Counted from the stretch's first letter, positions 31,081 through 40,276 are shown. The stretch: 64,000 nucleotides of DNA from Eubacteriales bacterium (GCA_045649105.1 JAZRPG010000027.1:16798-80797); one strand, 5' to 3'. Numbers and translations: made by a program. Notes: generated from the letters alone by a model not told the origin.

Positions 31081-32796
31081 ATGGCAACTCCGGTCATAAT
31101 GCCGCGTCAGGGACAGTCAGTAGAAAGCTGCATCATATCAAAGTGGCATAAAAAGGTAGGAGACACGGTCGCGGAAGGCGATATGCTCTTCTCATATGAA
31201 ACGGACAAGGCAAGCTTTGATGAGGTTTCAAAGGTCTCCGGCAAGATGCTCGACATCTTCTTTGAGGAGGGAGACGATGTAGAATGCCTTTTAAACGTTT
31301 GTGTTATCGGTAACGACGGTGAAAGCACAGCTGAGTTTAATCCGAAGGGTGCATCAGCAGAAGCGGTCCCTGCACCTACTACAGCTCCGGCCGCTGCAGC
31401 AGCATCTGCACCGGTCGCAACAGCTCCTGTAGCTCCGGTTGATCCCGGCAACTGTGCTCCGGTCATAATGCCGCGTCAGGGACAGTCAGTAGAAAGCTGT
31501 ATTATTTCAAAGTGGCATAAAAAGGTAGGCGACACGGTCGCAGAGGGAGATACGCTCTTCTCCTACGAAACAGACAAGGCAAGCTTTGACGAGGTTTCAA
31601 AGCTTTCAGGCAAGATGCTCGCAATCTTCTTTGAAGAGGGCGATGATGTTGAATGTCTTTTAAACGTTTGCGTTATCGGCGAAGAAGGCGCAAATCCGCA
31701 GGCATTCTCACCCGTTGCAGCACAGGAAGCTCCGGTTGCGGCAGCACCGGCAGCAACTCCGACAGTGGCGGCAGCGGTAACGGAGGTTGTTGCTTCAACA
31801 GCAAGCGCTGATGGCAAACTTAAGATTTCTCCGCGTGCAAAAAATCTTGCAAATAAGACATTTGCAGATATTTCTCTTGCAACGCCTACAGGCCCGAACG
31901 GCAGAATTATTGAACGCGATGTTGAGCGTCTTATATCTGAAGGTAAGGTAGTAACTCCTGCAGCAGCAGAGGCTCTTGGCAAAGGCATTGCAGGAACAGG
32001 ACTTGGAGGCAGAGTTACAACTGCTGACATTGCTGCAGCTGCAACAGCAGAGGCTCCTGTCACAACTTCAGAAGCAACTGCAGCACAGTCAGCCCCGGTT
32101 GCAGACTTCGAGGAAGTCCCGATGACAAATATCCGTAAGGTTATTGCAAAGTCAATGTCTGCATCACTTACAGAGATGGCTCAGCTCACTCTCAATACAT
32201 CCTTTGATGCAACATCTATCCTCAAATATCGCAAGATATTAAAGGAAAAGGGCGAAAGCTTCGGTATGGAGAAGGTAACGCTTAACGATATGATTCTCTA
32301 TGCCGTATCTCGTGTAATTCTTAAACACAGAGATATCAATGCTCACCTTATCGACAATAAGATGAAACTTTTCAACAATGTTCATCTCGGTGTTGCTTGT
32401 GATACACCTCGCGGACTTATGGTTCCGACTGTCTTTAACGCAAATAAGATGTCACTTAAAGAGATTTCTGCTGAATCAAAGCGCATTACGGGTATGTGCC
32501 GTGACGGTGCTTGCAGTCCTGATCTTTTAAAGGGTGCATCCTTCACAATTACAAATCTCGGAAGCCTCGGAATTGAGAGCTTCACGCCGGTAATCAACCC
32601 GCCCCAGACGGCAATTCTCGGTGTTTGTGCAACTGAAACAAAGGTACGCGCAAAAGGCGGAGAGATCACAACTTACCAGGCAATGGGACTTTCACTCACC
32701 TTCGACCATAGAGCAGTTGACGGAGCACCTGCTGCAAGATTCCTTAAAGATTTGTGCGAAGCACTTGAAAACTTTGAGATGCTCTTGGGTGCATAA
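31081..32796 (+). CDS. dihydrolipoamide acyltransferase (E2) with two lipoyl domains
   Basis: Two copies of the lipoyl-lysine motif ETDKASF, Ala/Pro linkers, an E3-binding domain (ISPRAKNLA...GPNGRIIERDV) and the catalytic DHRAVDG. Confidence 0.93.
   Translation: MATPVIMPRQGQSVESCIISKWHKKVGDTVAEGDMLFSYETDKASFDEVSKVSGKMLDIFFEEGDDVECLLNVCVIGNDGESTAEFNPKGASAEAVPAPTTAPAAAAASAPVATAPVAPVDPGNCAPVIMPRQGQSVESCIISKWHKKVGDTVAEGDTLFSYETDKASFDEVSKLSGKMLAIFFEEGDDVECLLNVCVIGEEGANPQAFSPVAAQEAPVAAAPAATPTVAAAVTEVVASTASADGKLKISPRAKNLANKTFADISLATPTGPNGRIIERDVERLISEGKVVTPAAAEALGKGIAGTGLGGRVTTADIAAAATAEAPVTTSEATAAQSAPVADFEEVPMTNIRKVIAKSMSASLTEMAQLTLNTSFDATSILKYRKILKEKGESFGMEKVTLNDMILYAVSRVILKHRDINAHLIDNKMKLFNNVHLGVACDTPRGLMVPTVFNANKMSLKEISAESKRITGMCRDGACSPDLLKGASFTITNLGSLGIESFTPVINPPQTAILGVCATETKVRAKGGEITTYQAMGLSLTFDHRAVDGAPAARFLKDLCEALENFEMLLGA
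31088..31680 (+). repeat. intragenic tandem duplication of the lipoyl-domain coding segment
   Basis: 31088-31311 and 31457-31680 (369-bp offset) align without gaps at roughly 85-90% nucleotide identity by eye. Confidence 0.9.
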
Positions 32797-32816
32797 TAGG
32801 AAAGGGGATTTAAAAT

Positions 32817-34178
32817 ATGTATGATTTAGTTGTTTTGGGAGGCGGTCCTGCGGGTTATCTCGCAGCTGAGCGCGCTGCTGCAGAGGGAATGACCGTAGCT
32901 CTTATTGAGAAGCGATTCCTCGGCGGTGTTTGCCTTAATGAGGGTTGCATTCCTACTAAGACATTTTTGAACTCTGCAAAGATTTATGACCACACAAAGC
33001 ACGGCGACAAGTTCGGCATAAATGCAAAGAATGTGACGTTGGACCACAAGGCGGTTGTTGCACGTAAGAACGAAGTTCGTTCAAAGCTTGTAGCAGGTAT
33101 TAAGTCAGCTCTTAATGCAGGCAAGGTTAAGATTGTTGAAGGCGAAGGCGTTATAGAGGGAAAAACTGACGGATTTAATGTTCGCGTTGGTGATGAAGTT
33201 TATACGGGTAAAAAACTCCTTGTAGCGACAGGCTCACGTCCGACAATTCCGCCGATTCCAGGTCTCTCCGAGGCGCTTTTGTCAGGTTTTGCACTTACAA
33301 ACCGTGAGATACTTGATATGGAGGAAGTTCCTGAACGTCTTGCTGTCATCGGCGGTGGTGTGATCGGTCTTGAGATGGCATCATACTTTAATTCAATAGG
33401 AAGCAAGGTAACTGTTATTGAAATGCTTCCGAGCATTGCAGGTCCTACTGACCGTGAGATTTCAACAGTTCTTTTAAAGAGATATACAAGTATGGGTGTA
33501 ACTTTTGAGCTTGGAGCAAAGGTTACAGCGCTCGGCGACGGAACAGTCGTATATGAAAAAGACGGAAAGAGCATTATACTCGAAGCTGATAAGGTTCTCG
33601 TTTCAATAGGCAGAGCTGCTTCTACAAAGGGAATCGGCCTTGAGTCTATCGGAGTTGAAACCGTTCGCGGTGCAATTGTGACAGATGATTATGGCCGTAC
33701 AAATGTTCCTGATGTTTACGCAGCAGGCGATGTCAACGGAAAATCAATGCTTGCACATACAGCATATCGCGAGGCTGAGGTATGCGTAAATCATATGGTC
33801 GGAAAGCGTGACCATATGCGTTACAATGCAATTCCTGCTGTTATATACACAAATCCTGAGGTTGCCGGAGTAGGTGAAACTGAGGAGAGTGCAAAAGCAA
33901 AGGGAATAGCTTATAAGAAATCTACCGTCAGCATGATGTATAGCGGAAGGTACATGGCAGAAAACACTGATTATGACGGCATATGCAAAGTTATTGTTGA
34001 GGAGAAAACCGGTAAAATAATCGGAATTCACATGATAGGCTCATACGTTTCGGAGATAATTTTCTCTGCGGCAATGATGATTGAATGTGAACTGCGCGTA
34101 TCTGATGTTAAGGAACTCGTATTCCCGCACCCGACAGTATGTGAAATTGTACGTGAAGCAATATTCAAAATGAAGTAA
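32817..34178 (+). CDS. lpdA: dihydrolipoyl dehydrogenase (E3)
   Basis: GGGPAGY FAD motif, redox disulfide GGVCLNEGCIPTK and C-terminal HPTxxE. Confidence 0.95.
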   Translation: MYDLVVLGGGPAGYLAAERAAAEGMTVALIEKRFLGGVCLNEGCIPTKTFLNSAKIYDHTKHGDKFGINAKNVTLDHKAVVARKNEVRSKLVAGIKSALNAGKVKIVEGEGVIEGKTDGFNVRVGDEVYTGKKLLVATGSRPTIPPIPGLSEALLSGFALTNREILDMEEVPERLAVIGGGVIGLEMASYFNSIGSKVTVIEMLPSIAGPTDREISTVLLKRYTSMGVTFELGAKVTALGDGTVVYEKDGKSIILEADKVLVSIGRAASTKGIGLESIGVETVRGAIVTDDYGRTNVPDVYAAGDVNGKSMLAHTAYREAEVCVNHMVGKRDHMRYNAIPAVIYTNPEVAGVGETEESAKAKGIAYKKSTVSMMYSGRYMAENTDYDGICKVIVEEKTGKIIGIHMIGSYVSEIIFSAAMMIECELRVSDVKELVFPHPTVCEIVREAIFKMK

Positions 34179-34197
34179 GAAAGAAGGAGTAAAAACA

Positions 34198-36672
34198 ATG
34201 CCTAAATCACAATTTCTTGATCCGAATGAAGTCAGAAAAAGCAGTTTTATAAGCTTTACTGACATTCCGGTAAACCAGTACAACAAAACAATTAAGGAAG
34301 AGAGCAAGATCTACTCTAAGGCTGATTTTATGCGTATTTACCGCGATATGGCAATCATCCGTGAGTTTGAAACCATGCTCTACCAAATCAAGACAACGAA
34401 CCACTACAACGGCGTTGATTATTCAAACCCCGGCCCGGCTCACCTTTCTACAGGTCAGGAAGCATCAGCTGTAGGTCAGGCATACCTTCTCGGTGTTGAT
34501 GACTACATCTTTGGTTCACACAGAAGCCACGGCGAAATTCTTGCAAAAGGTCTTTCTTGCATAGAGAAGCTTTCTGATGATGAGCTTTACAAGATTATGT
34601 CTGAGTTCTTTGATGGCGACATTCTCCGTGTTGTTGAGGGAAGAAAGTATGACAAGAAAGACGTAAAGTCTCTCGCTATCGACTTCCTTGTATACGGTGC
34701 TCTTGCTGAAATTTTTGCACGTACAACAGGATTTAACCGCGGACTTGGCGGTTCGATGCACGCATTTTTCACTCCGTTCGGCATTTACCCGAACAACGCT
34801 ATCGTTGGCGGTTCTGCAACAATCGCTCTCGGTGGTTCGCTCTACAAGAAAGTAAATGATAAGAAGGGTATCGTTGTATGTAACATCGGTGACGCTTCTC
34901 TCGGTTGCGGACCTGTTCTTGAAGCACTCAATATGTCTGCTATGGACCAGATCAAGCAGCTCTGGGATGAAAGCCACAACAGCGGTCTCCCGGTTCTCTT
35001 TAATATCTTTGACAATATGTATGGTATGGGCGGTCAGACCTTCGGCGAAACAATGGCATACGGTATGCCGGCTCGCCTTGGTGCAGGATTCAGCCCGACA
35101 CAGATGCACGCAGAGCGTGTTGACGGTTACAATCCGCTTGCAGTTATTGATGCAATGCGCAGAAAGAAAGAAATTCTTGAGAACGGCGATGGTCCGGTTC
35201 TTCTTGATGTTCTTACATATCGTGTCACGGGTCACTCTCCGTCTGATGCATCAAGCTATCGTACACAGGAAGAAATCGATGCATGGATTGAGCAGGATGT
35301 TCTCAAGGCATACAGTGCAAAGCTCATTGATGCAAAGATTGCAACAAAGGAAGAGTTTGATGCAATTCTTGCCGATGTTAAGGACCTCATTACACGCGCT
35401 TGTGCTCTTGCTGTTGATGACAGCGTATCTCCGCGCATGGACCTTAAGAAAGAGCCCGATATGATTGAAAAGCTTATGTTCTCTAACCTCAAGGTAGAGA
35501 AGATGGAGGACAGAAAGCCTGATGTTCTTATGCCGAAGGAAGAAAATCCGCGTGTAATGCAGATTGCAAAGAAAGAGCGTTTTGCTTTTGATGCAAATGG
35601 CAAGCCTGTTTCAAAGAATAAGGTTTACCAGCTTCGTGATGGTCTCTTCGAGGCTATTATCGATAAGTTCTATGAAGATCCGACTCTCGTTGCATACGGT
35701 GAAGACAACCGTGACTGGGGTGGCGCATTTGCTGTATACCGTGGTCTTACAGAAGCTATTCCGTATCACCGTTTCTTCAACTCACCAATTTCCGAAGCTG
35801 CTATTGTTGGTAGTGCAGTAGGTTACGCAATGTCCGGCGGCCGTGCTATCGTTGAGCTTATGTACTGCGACTTCCTCGGACGTGCAGGCGATGAAGTGTT
35901 TAACCAGCTTGCAAAGTGGCAGTCAATGAGCGCAGGAATCCTCAAAATGCCGGTTGTTCTCCGTATTTCTGTCGGTTCAAAGAATGGCGCACAGCACTCT
36001 CAGGACTGGTCTTCAATGATTGCGCATGTACCCGGTCTTAAGTGCGTATTCCCGACAACACCGTACGATGCAAAGGGACTCATGAACGCAGCGTTAAACG
36101 GAACAGATCCGGTTATCTTCTTTGAAAGCCAGAGAATTTATGATGTCGGCGAGCAGTTCCACGAAGGCGGAGTTCCGGAGGGCTACTATGAGATTCCGAT
36201 TGGTGAGCCGGATGTCAAGATTACAGGTAGTGATGTTACAATTCTCACGATCGGAGCTACACTTTACCGTGCAATTGAGGCTGCAAAGATACTCAAGGAG
36301 AAGTATAACATTTCTGCTGAAGTTATTGATGCACGAAGCATAGTTCCGTTTAACTATGATAAGGTAATCGAGTCTGTAAAGAAGACGGGCAGGCTTGTTA
36401 TAGCAAGTGATGCTTGTGCACGCGGCTCTATCATCAAGGATATGGCACAGACAATCACATCAACATGCTTTGATTATCTTGATGCTCCGGTTGCAACAGT
36501 CGGCGCACGCAACTGGATAACTCCGTGCTATGAGCTTGATGCAGACTTCTTCCCGCAGGCTGACTGGATAATTGATGCAATCCACCAGCGCATCATGCCT
36601 ATCGCAGGATATACACCGAAGGGCAACTTCTCTGAAAATGAGGAACTCCGCCGTTCAAAACTCGGAGTATGA
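34198..36672 (+). CDS. fused E1 alpha-beta subunit of a 2-oxoacid/acetoin dehydrogenase complex
   Basis: 824 aa. The N-terminal half has HLSTGQEA and the ThDP motif GDAS...FDNMYG (E1 alpha). The C-terminal half has SPISEAAIVG and a transketolase-like Pyr/C-terminal region (E1 beta). Confidence 0.88.
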   Translation: MPKSQFLDPNEVRKSSFISFTDIPVNQYNKTIKEESKIYSKADFMRIYRDMAIIREFETMLYQIKTTNHYNGVDYSNPGPAHLSTGQEASAVGQAYLLGVDDYIFGSHRSHGEILAKGLSCIEKLSDDELYKIMSEFFDGDILRVVEGRKYDKKDVKSLAIDFLVYGALAEIFARTTGFNRGLGGSMHAFFTPFGIYPNNAIVGGSATIALGGSLYKKVNDKKGIVVCNIGDASLGCGPVLEALNMSAMDQIKQLWDESHNSGLPVLFNIFDNMYGMGGQTFGETMAYGMPARLGAGFSPTQMHAERVDGYNPLAVIDAMRRKKEILENGDGPVLLDVLTYRVTGHSPSDASSYRTQEEIDAWIEQDVLKAYSAKLIDAKIATKEEFDAILADVKDLITRACALAVDDSVSPRMDLKKEPDMIEKLMFSNLKVEKMEDRKPDVLMPKEENPRVMQIAKKERFAFDANGKPVSKNKVYQLRDGLFEAIIDKFYEDPTLVAYGEDNRDWGGAFAVYRGLTEAIPYHRFFNSPISEAAIVGSAVGYAMSGGRAIVELMYCDFLGRAGDEVFNQLAKWQSMSAGILKMPVVLRISVGSKNGAQHSQDWSSMIAHVPGLKCVFPTTPYDAKGLMNAALNGTDPVIFFESQRIYDVGEQFHEGGVPEGYYEIPIGEPDVKITGSDVTILTIGATLYRAIEAAKILKEKYNISAEVIDARSIVPFNYDKVIESVKKTGRLVIASDACARGSIIKDMAQTITSTCFDYLDAPVATVGARNWITPCYELDADFFPQADWIIDAIHQRIMPIAGYTPKGNFSENEELRRSKLGV

Positions 36673-37646
36673 TTTTTGTAGTAAGCAAAAGTTTCGACTG
36701 TTACTTTAATCTCGCTCTAGAAGAGCATTTCCTGAAGGACAGAACAGACGATGTATTTATGCTCTGGCAAAACGATAATACGATTGTTGTCGGAAAAAAC
36801 CAGAATACATTATCTGAGATTGATGTTGATTTTGTAAAGGAAAATGATATACGCGTCGTCCGCCGGATTACCGGCGGCGGCGCAGTATACCATGATATGG
36901 GAAATGTCAATTTCACATATATCACAAATGCCTCAGATAAATGGGAGTGTGATTTCTCGCGGTTCGCAGAGCCGGTGATTAATGCACTTCATACTTTAGG
37001 TCTTCGAGCTGAGATGTCGGGCAGAAATGATATTGTATCAGCCGGAAGGAAAATATCCGGAAATGCGCAGACTGTAGTTGACGGAAGACTGCTTCACCAT
37101 GGAACGCTTCTTTTTAATGCTGATATGACGATTCTCGGAAAGGCTCTCAAGCCTGATCCGACAAAGATTCAAAGCAAGGGCATAAAGTCAGTTGTATCGC
37201 GGGTCGCAAATGTCAGTGAGCTTTTGGGACGCGACATATGCGTTGATGAACTTATTCATCTTATTGGCAAAGAAATTAAGAAAATTTACGGGGCATGTAA
37301 TTATGAGCCTTCTGATAATGATATAAAATGTGCTGCCGTGCTTGCGGATGGAAAATACAGAACATGGGAGTGGAATTTCGGATACTCTCCCAAATACACA
37401 TTTACCAAGAAAAAGCGTTTCGTATGCGGAATGATAGAGGCCTGCCTTTCTGTCAGTGACGGAATTATCACCGATGCTCATTTCTACGGTGATTTTTTTG
37501 GTGTGGCCGATACTACTTTATTGACCAAGGCTTTATGTGGCAAACGCCACAGATATGAGGATATTATAAGCGTTATTGATACCTTTGATTTAAGCACTTT
37601 TTTTGGCAATTTGACTTCTTCTGAGTTTATTGAAATCTTGTTATAA
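36669..37646 (+). CDS. lplA: lipoate-protein ligase A
   Basis: FNLALEEH, RRITGGGAVYHDMGN and GRKISGNAQ motifs. ATGA overlap with E1. Confidence 0.92.
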   Translation: MIFVVSKSFDCYFNLALEEHFLKDRTDDVFMLWQNDNTIVVGKNQNTLSEIDVDFVKENDIRVVRRITGGGAVYHDMGNVNFTYITNASDKWECDFSRFAEPVINALHTLGLRAEMSGRNDIVSAGRKISGNAQTVVDGRLLHHGTLLFNADMTILGKALKPDPTKIQSKGIKSVVSRVANVSELLGRDICVDELIHLIGKEIKKIYGACNYEPSDNDIKCAAVLADGKYRTWEWNFGYSPKYTFTKKKRFVCGMIEACLSVSDGIITDAHFYGDFFGVADTTLLTKALCGKRHRYEDIISVIDTFDLSTFFGNLTSSEFIEILL

Positions 37647-37660
37647 GGAGAAAAAGACAA

Positions 37661-38854
37661 ATGAAAGCGATAATGTACGGAGCAGGGAATATAGGTCGAG
37701 GTTTTATCGGACAACTGTTTTCGCAGTCAGGATATGCTGTATCGTTTATAGATGTAAATAAGGAAATCATCGGTGAATTAAATAATCGCCGTGAATATAC
37801 AGTTGAGATTCTTTCAAATGAAAAGAATGAAGAAGTAATAGTTAAAAATGTCTGCGGAATTGACGGAATGGATATAGATGCGGTAACGGATGCTATCGCA
37901 TGTGCAGATGTAATGGCAACAGCCGTAGGAGTAAATATACTGCCTCGAATAGTCTCAAATATTGCTGCAGGTTTGCAGAAACGTTGGAAAAACGGCAATA
38001 TGGTCCCGTTTAACATAATAATATGTGAAAATATGATTGATGCGGACAAATTCCTCGCAAAGTCGGTAAAAGAGCTTCTTGAAGAAGATGAAAAAAAGCT
38101 TTTTGATGAACTTATCGGAACGGTCGAGGCTTCTATCGGACGCATGGTTCCGATTCAGACACCTGAGATGACAAAGAATGATATTTTGCGTGTTTGTGTT
38201 GAGCCGTTCTGCAATCTTATTGTTGACAGAGACGGATTCAAAGGCGAGCTTCCGAAAATTTCAAATATGTCAGCATATGCGCCTTTCGGACTCTATATTG
38301 AAAGAAAGCTTTTTATACATAATATGGGGCATTCTCTGACGGCTTATCTCGGAAATCTTAAGGGCTATGAGTATATTTGGCAAGCGATTGAGGACCCGGA
38401 AACTGAGGTTCTTGCATTGCGCGCGATGACAGAATCCGCTCTCGCGCTTTCTATCAGATACGGTGTACCTTTTAAAGAGCTTTACGAGCATGTTGAGGAC
38501 CTTCTTTACAGATTTACGAATAAGAAGTTAGGAGATACGGTCTTCAGGGTTGGCCGTGACTTGCGCCGCAAGCTCTCTCCGGGAGACCGGGTGGTGGGAG
38601 CTATCCGATCATGTCTCGAAGCCGGTGTAAAGCCGATTGCCTTGTATGCTGCATATGCAGCGGCACTGAAGTTTGCGGATGACGGAATTGCGGGAATGTC
38701 TGCAAAAGAGGTAATGACGGAGATTTCAAAGCTTGAGGAAAACTCTGTTGAATATAAGGAAATATCAGAGTTTTCAGAATTATTGGAGAGCGGAGCAAAA
38801 ATCTCAGATGTTATTCGTCTTGTAAAGTCAAAATTTGATGCAACTAAAAAATAA
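37661..38854 (+). CDS. mannitol-1-phosphate 5-dehydrogenase-like (long-chain mannitol dehydrogenase family)
   Basis: N-terminus MYGAGNIGRGFIGQLF closely resembles MtlD (FGAGNIGRGFIG). Length is 397 aa. Confidence 0.75.
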   Translation: MKAIMYGAGNIGRGFIGQLFSQSGYAVSFIDVNKEIIGELNNRREYTVEILSNEKNEEVIVKNVCGIDGMDIDAVTDAIACADVMATAVGVNILPRIVSNIAAGLQKRWKNGNMVPFNIIICENMIDADKFLAKSVKELLEEDEKKLFDELIGTVEASIGRMVPIQTPEMTKNDILRVCVEPFCNLIVDRDGFKGELPKISNMSAYAPFGLYIERKLFIHNMGHSLTAYLGNLKGYEYIWQAIEDPETEVLALRAMTESALALSIRYGVPFKELYEHVEDLLYRFTNKKLGDTVFRVGRDLRRKLSPGDRVVGAIRSCLEAGVKPIALYAAYAAALKFADDGIAGMSAKEVMTEISKLEENSVEYKEISEFSELLESGAKISDVIRLVKSKFDATKK

Positions 38855-38862
38855 ATAAGCAT

Positions 38863-38911
38863 AAAAACACCGTATATCTGCACTATAGAAAGCGGATATA
38901 CGGTGTTTTTT
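38863..38911. terminator. bidirectional intrinsic terminator
   Basis: AAAAACACCGTATATC / GATATACGGTGTTTTT stem between convergent genes. Confidence 0.8.
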
Positions 38912-38924
38912 CAGTAATTTAATT

Positions 38925-39599
38925 TTAATCCTTTATTAAATCGCGGATTACTTCGCCGGCAAGCATCAGGCCTGCGCAACCAACTGTCCAGACAGCGCTT
39001 CCGGGAGTTCTGGTTTTTACAACAGGTAATTCGTCCGAATACACAGTTTTTAAGCTGTAAATGCCGCGGGACTTAAGTTCTTTTCTTATGACGCGTGCCA
39101 GAGGACAGGTGGTTGTTTTAGAAATGTCTGCAACCTTAAAGGCGCCACCGTCAAGCTTGTTTCCGGCGCCCATTGCAGAAATAATCGGAATGTTTCGCTT
39201 CTTTGCCTCGCAAATCAAATCTACCTTATCTGTCACAGTGTCTATAGCATCAATTATGTAATGCGGATTTTTTGAGAAAAACATCTCGCTGTTTTCGTGG
39301 GTATATCGCTCACACATAGGGAAAACATTAAGATTCGGGTTTATGTCAAGAAGCCGCTGCGCGGTGACGAGCGCCTTCTCTTTTCCTAAAGTGCTAGATA
39401 ATGCACAAAGTTGTCTGTTTATATTTGTGTCCTGCACAAAATCAAAATCAACAACCGTTATGGTGCCCACTCCGGAGCGCACAACAGCTTCAGCGGCATA
39501 TCCTCCGACGCCTCCGACACCAAAAATCATTATGTGCTTGCCGGACAGCTTTTTTAAAGCGTCTTCTCCGATAAGCATTTCAAGTCGTTTAAAAATCAT
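38925..39599 (-). CDS. tcdA: tRNA threonylcarbamoyladenosine dehydratase (ThiF/E1-like)
   Basis: GVGGVGGYAAEAVVRSGVG nucleotide-binding motif. Length and domain pattern match TcdA/YrvM. Confidence 0.8.
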   Translation of the reverse strand: MIFKRLEMLIGEDALKKLSGKHIMIFGVGGVGGYAAEAVVRSGVGTITVVDFDFVQDTNINRQLCALSSTLGKEKALVTAQRLLDINPNLNVFPMCERYTHENSEMFFSKNPHYIIDAIDTVTDKVDLICEAKKRNIPIISAMGAGNKLDGGAFKVADISKTTTCPLARVIRKELKSRGIYSLKTVYSDELPVVKTRTPGSAVWTVGCAGLMLAGEVIRDLIKD

Positions 39600-39604
39600 T
39601 TTTA

Positions 39605-39821
39605 TAAAAATTTCCCCGCATCTGCCGTGTGTGCCAATTTATAACCTGCACATGTGCAGGTGGGTTTCCTCTCCCAAAATTCACAGCTTCCAACATCCGG
39701 TACGCAGAAAACATGCCGGGAGGCCTGCTATCCTTTTGAGAAGTTAGAGTCCCGTATTAATAATGTGGGTTTAAAAAGACACATCACGCACAGCGCAGGG
39801 AAGTCCCCTTACTTAAACTTT
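39605..39821 (-). ncRNA. ssrS: probable 6S RNA
   Basis: ~215-nt non-coding gap with its own promoter on the minus strand (TTGTAA, 18 nt, TGtTATAAT; -10 at 39828-39833). The 5' UCCCUGCGCUGUGCGUG can pair with the 3' CACACGGCAGAUGCGGGGA, followed by a U-run. It also has an internal helix (CUUCUC/GAGAGG), a central unpaired region and a CCUGCACAUGUGCAGG hairpin. Confidence 0.55.
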
Positions 39822-39879
39822 GAATAGATTATAACATACTCGTTTTATCAATTACAATACGGAGCATGTCCGCAAAAGA

Positions 39880-40161
39880 CTATTCGTCTTCCTCGAGAGC
39901 TTCTTCCATAAAGGCGTTGTATACGGTTTCGAGCTCTTCTTCATTATCCAGTGTGGATAATATTTCCTCTCCGTTTTCATCCTTATCGAGGCGCAAAATT
40001 ATAATCTCTGTAGCCTCCTCAGAATCTTCAGGAATTCCTGCCTCGACAAATGCGAGATAAATGTTTGAATTAAGCTCTATAGTATCAAGATGCTCAAATT
40101 CATGCTCAATATTCTCTTCATCTGTAAGTGTTACGATATTTGCGCTAAAATCTTTGTCCAT
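39880..40161 (-). CDS. DUF1292-family acidic small protein
   Basis: IVTLTDEENIEHEFEHLDTIE...YLAF pattern and a highly acidic C-terminus. Start is ATG 40161 after AAAGGTG. Confidence 0.75.
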   Translation of the reverse strand: MDKDFSANIVTLTDEENIEHEFEHLDTIELNSNIYLAFVEAGIPEDSEEATEIIILRLDKDENGEEILSTLDNEEELETVYNAFMEEALEEDE

Positions 40162-40276
40162 TATTATCACACCTTTCTTTATATAATTAGGATACCTCTT
40201 TAATTTGAATAAATCAATAGAAAAATTTTTATAAAAAAATATTTTTGTAAAAATTCATATAATAGCTATATTTTGG

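Noticed and set aside
34516-35464. Long alternative-frame and antisense ORFs inside the E1 gene (239 aa minus strand, 202 aa plus strand). Similar ORFs lie inside pyrE (9519-10061), the LysR gene (14921-15601), argH (20703-21239), pyrD (8016-8510), E2 (31563-32063), the mtlD-like gene (37627-38145) and the adaptor gene (43399-43884).
   Set aside because: Each lies fully inside a gene with strong family motifs in another frame. Their sequences are low-complexity (Ser/Ala/Ile-rich), and they lack SD sequences.
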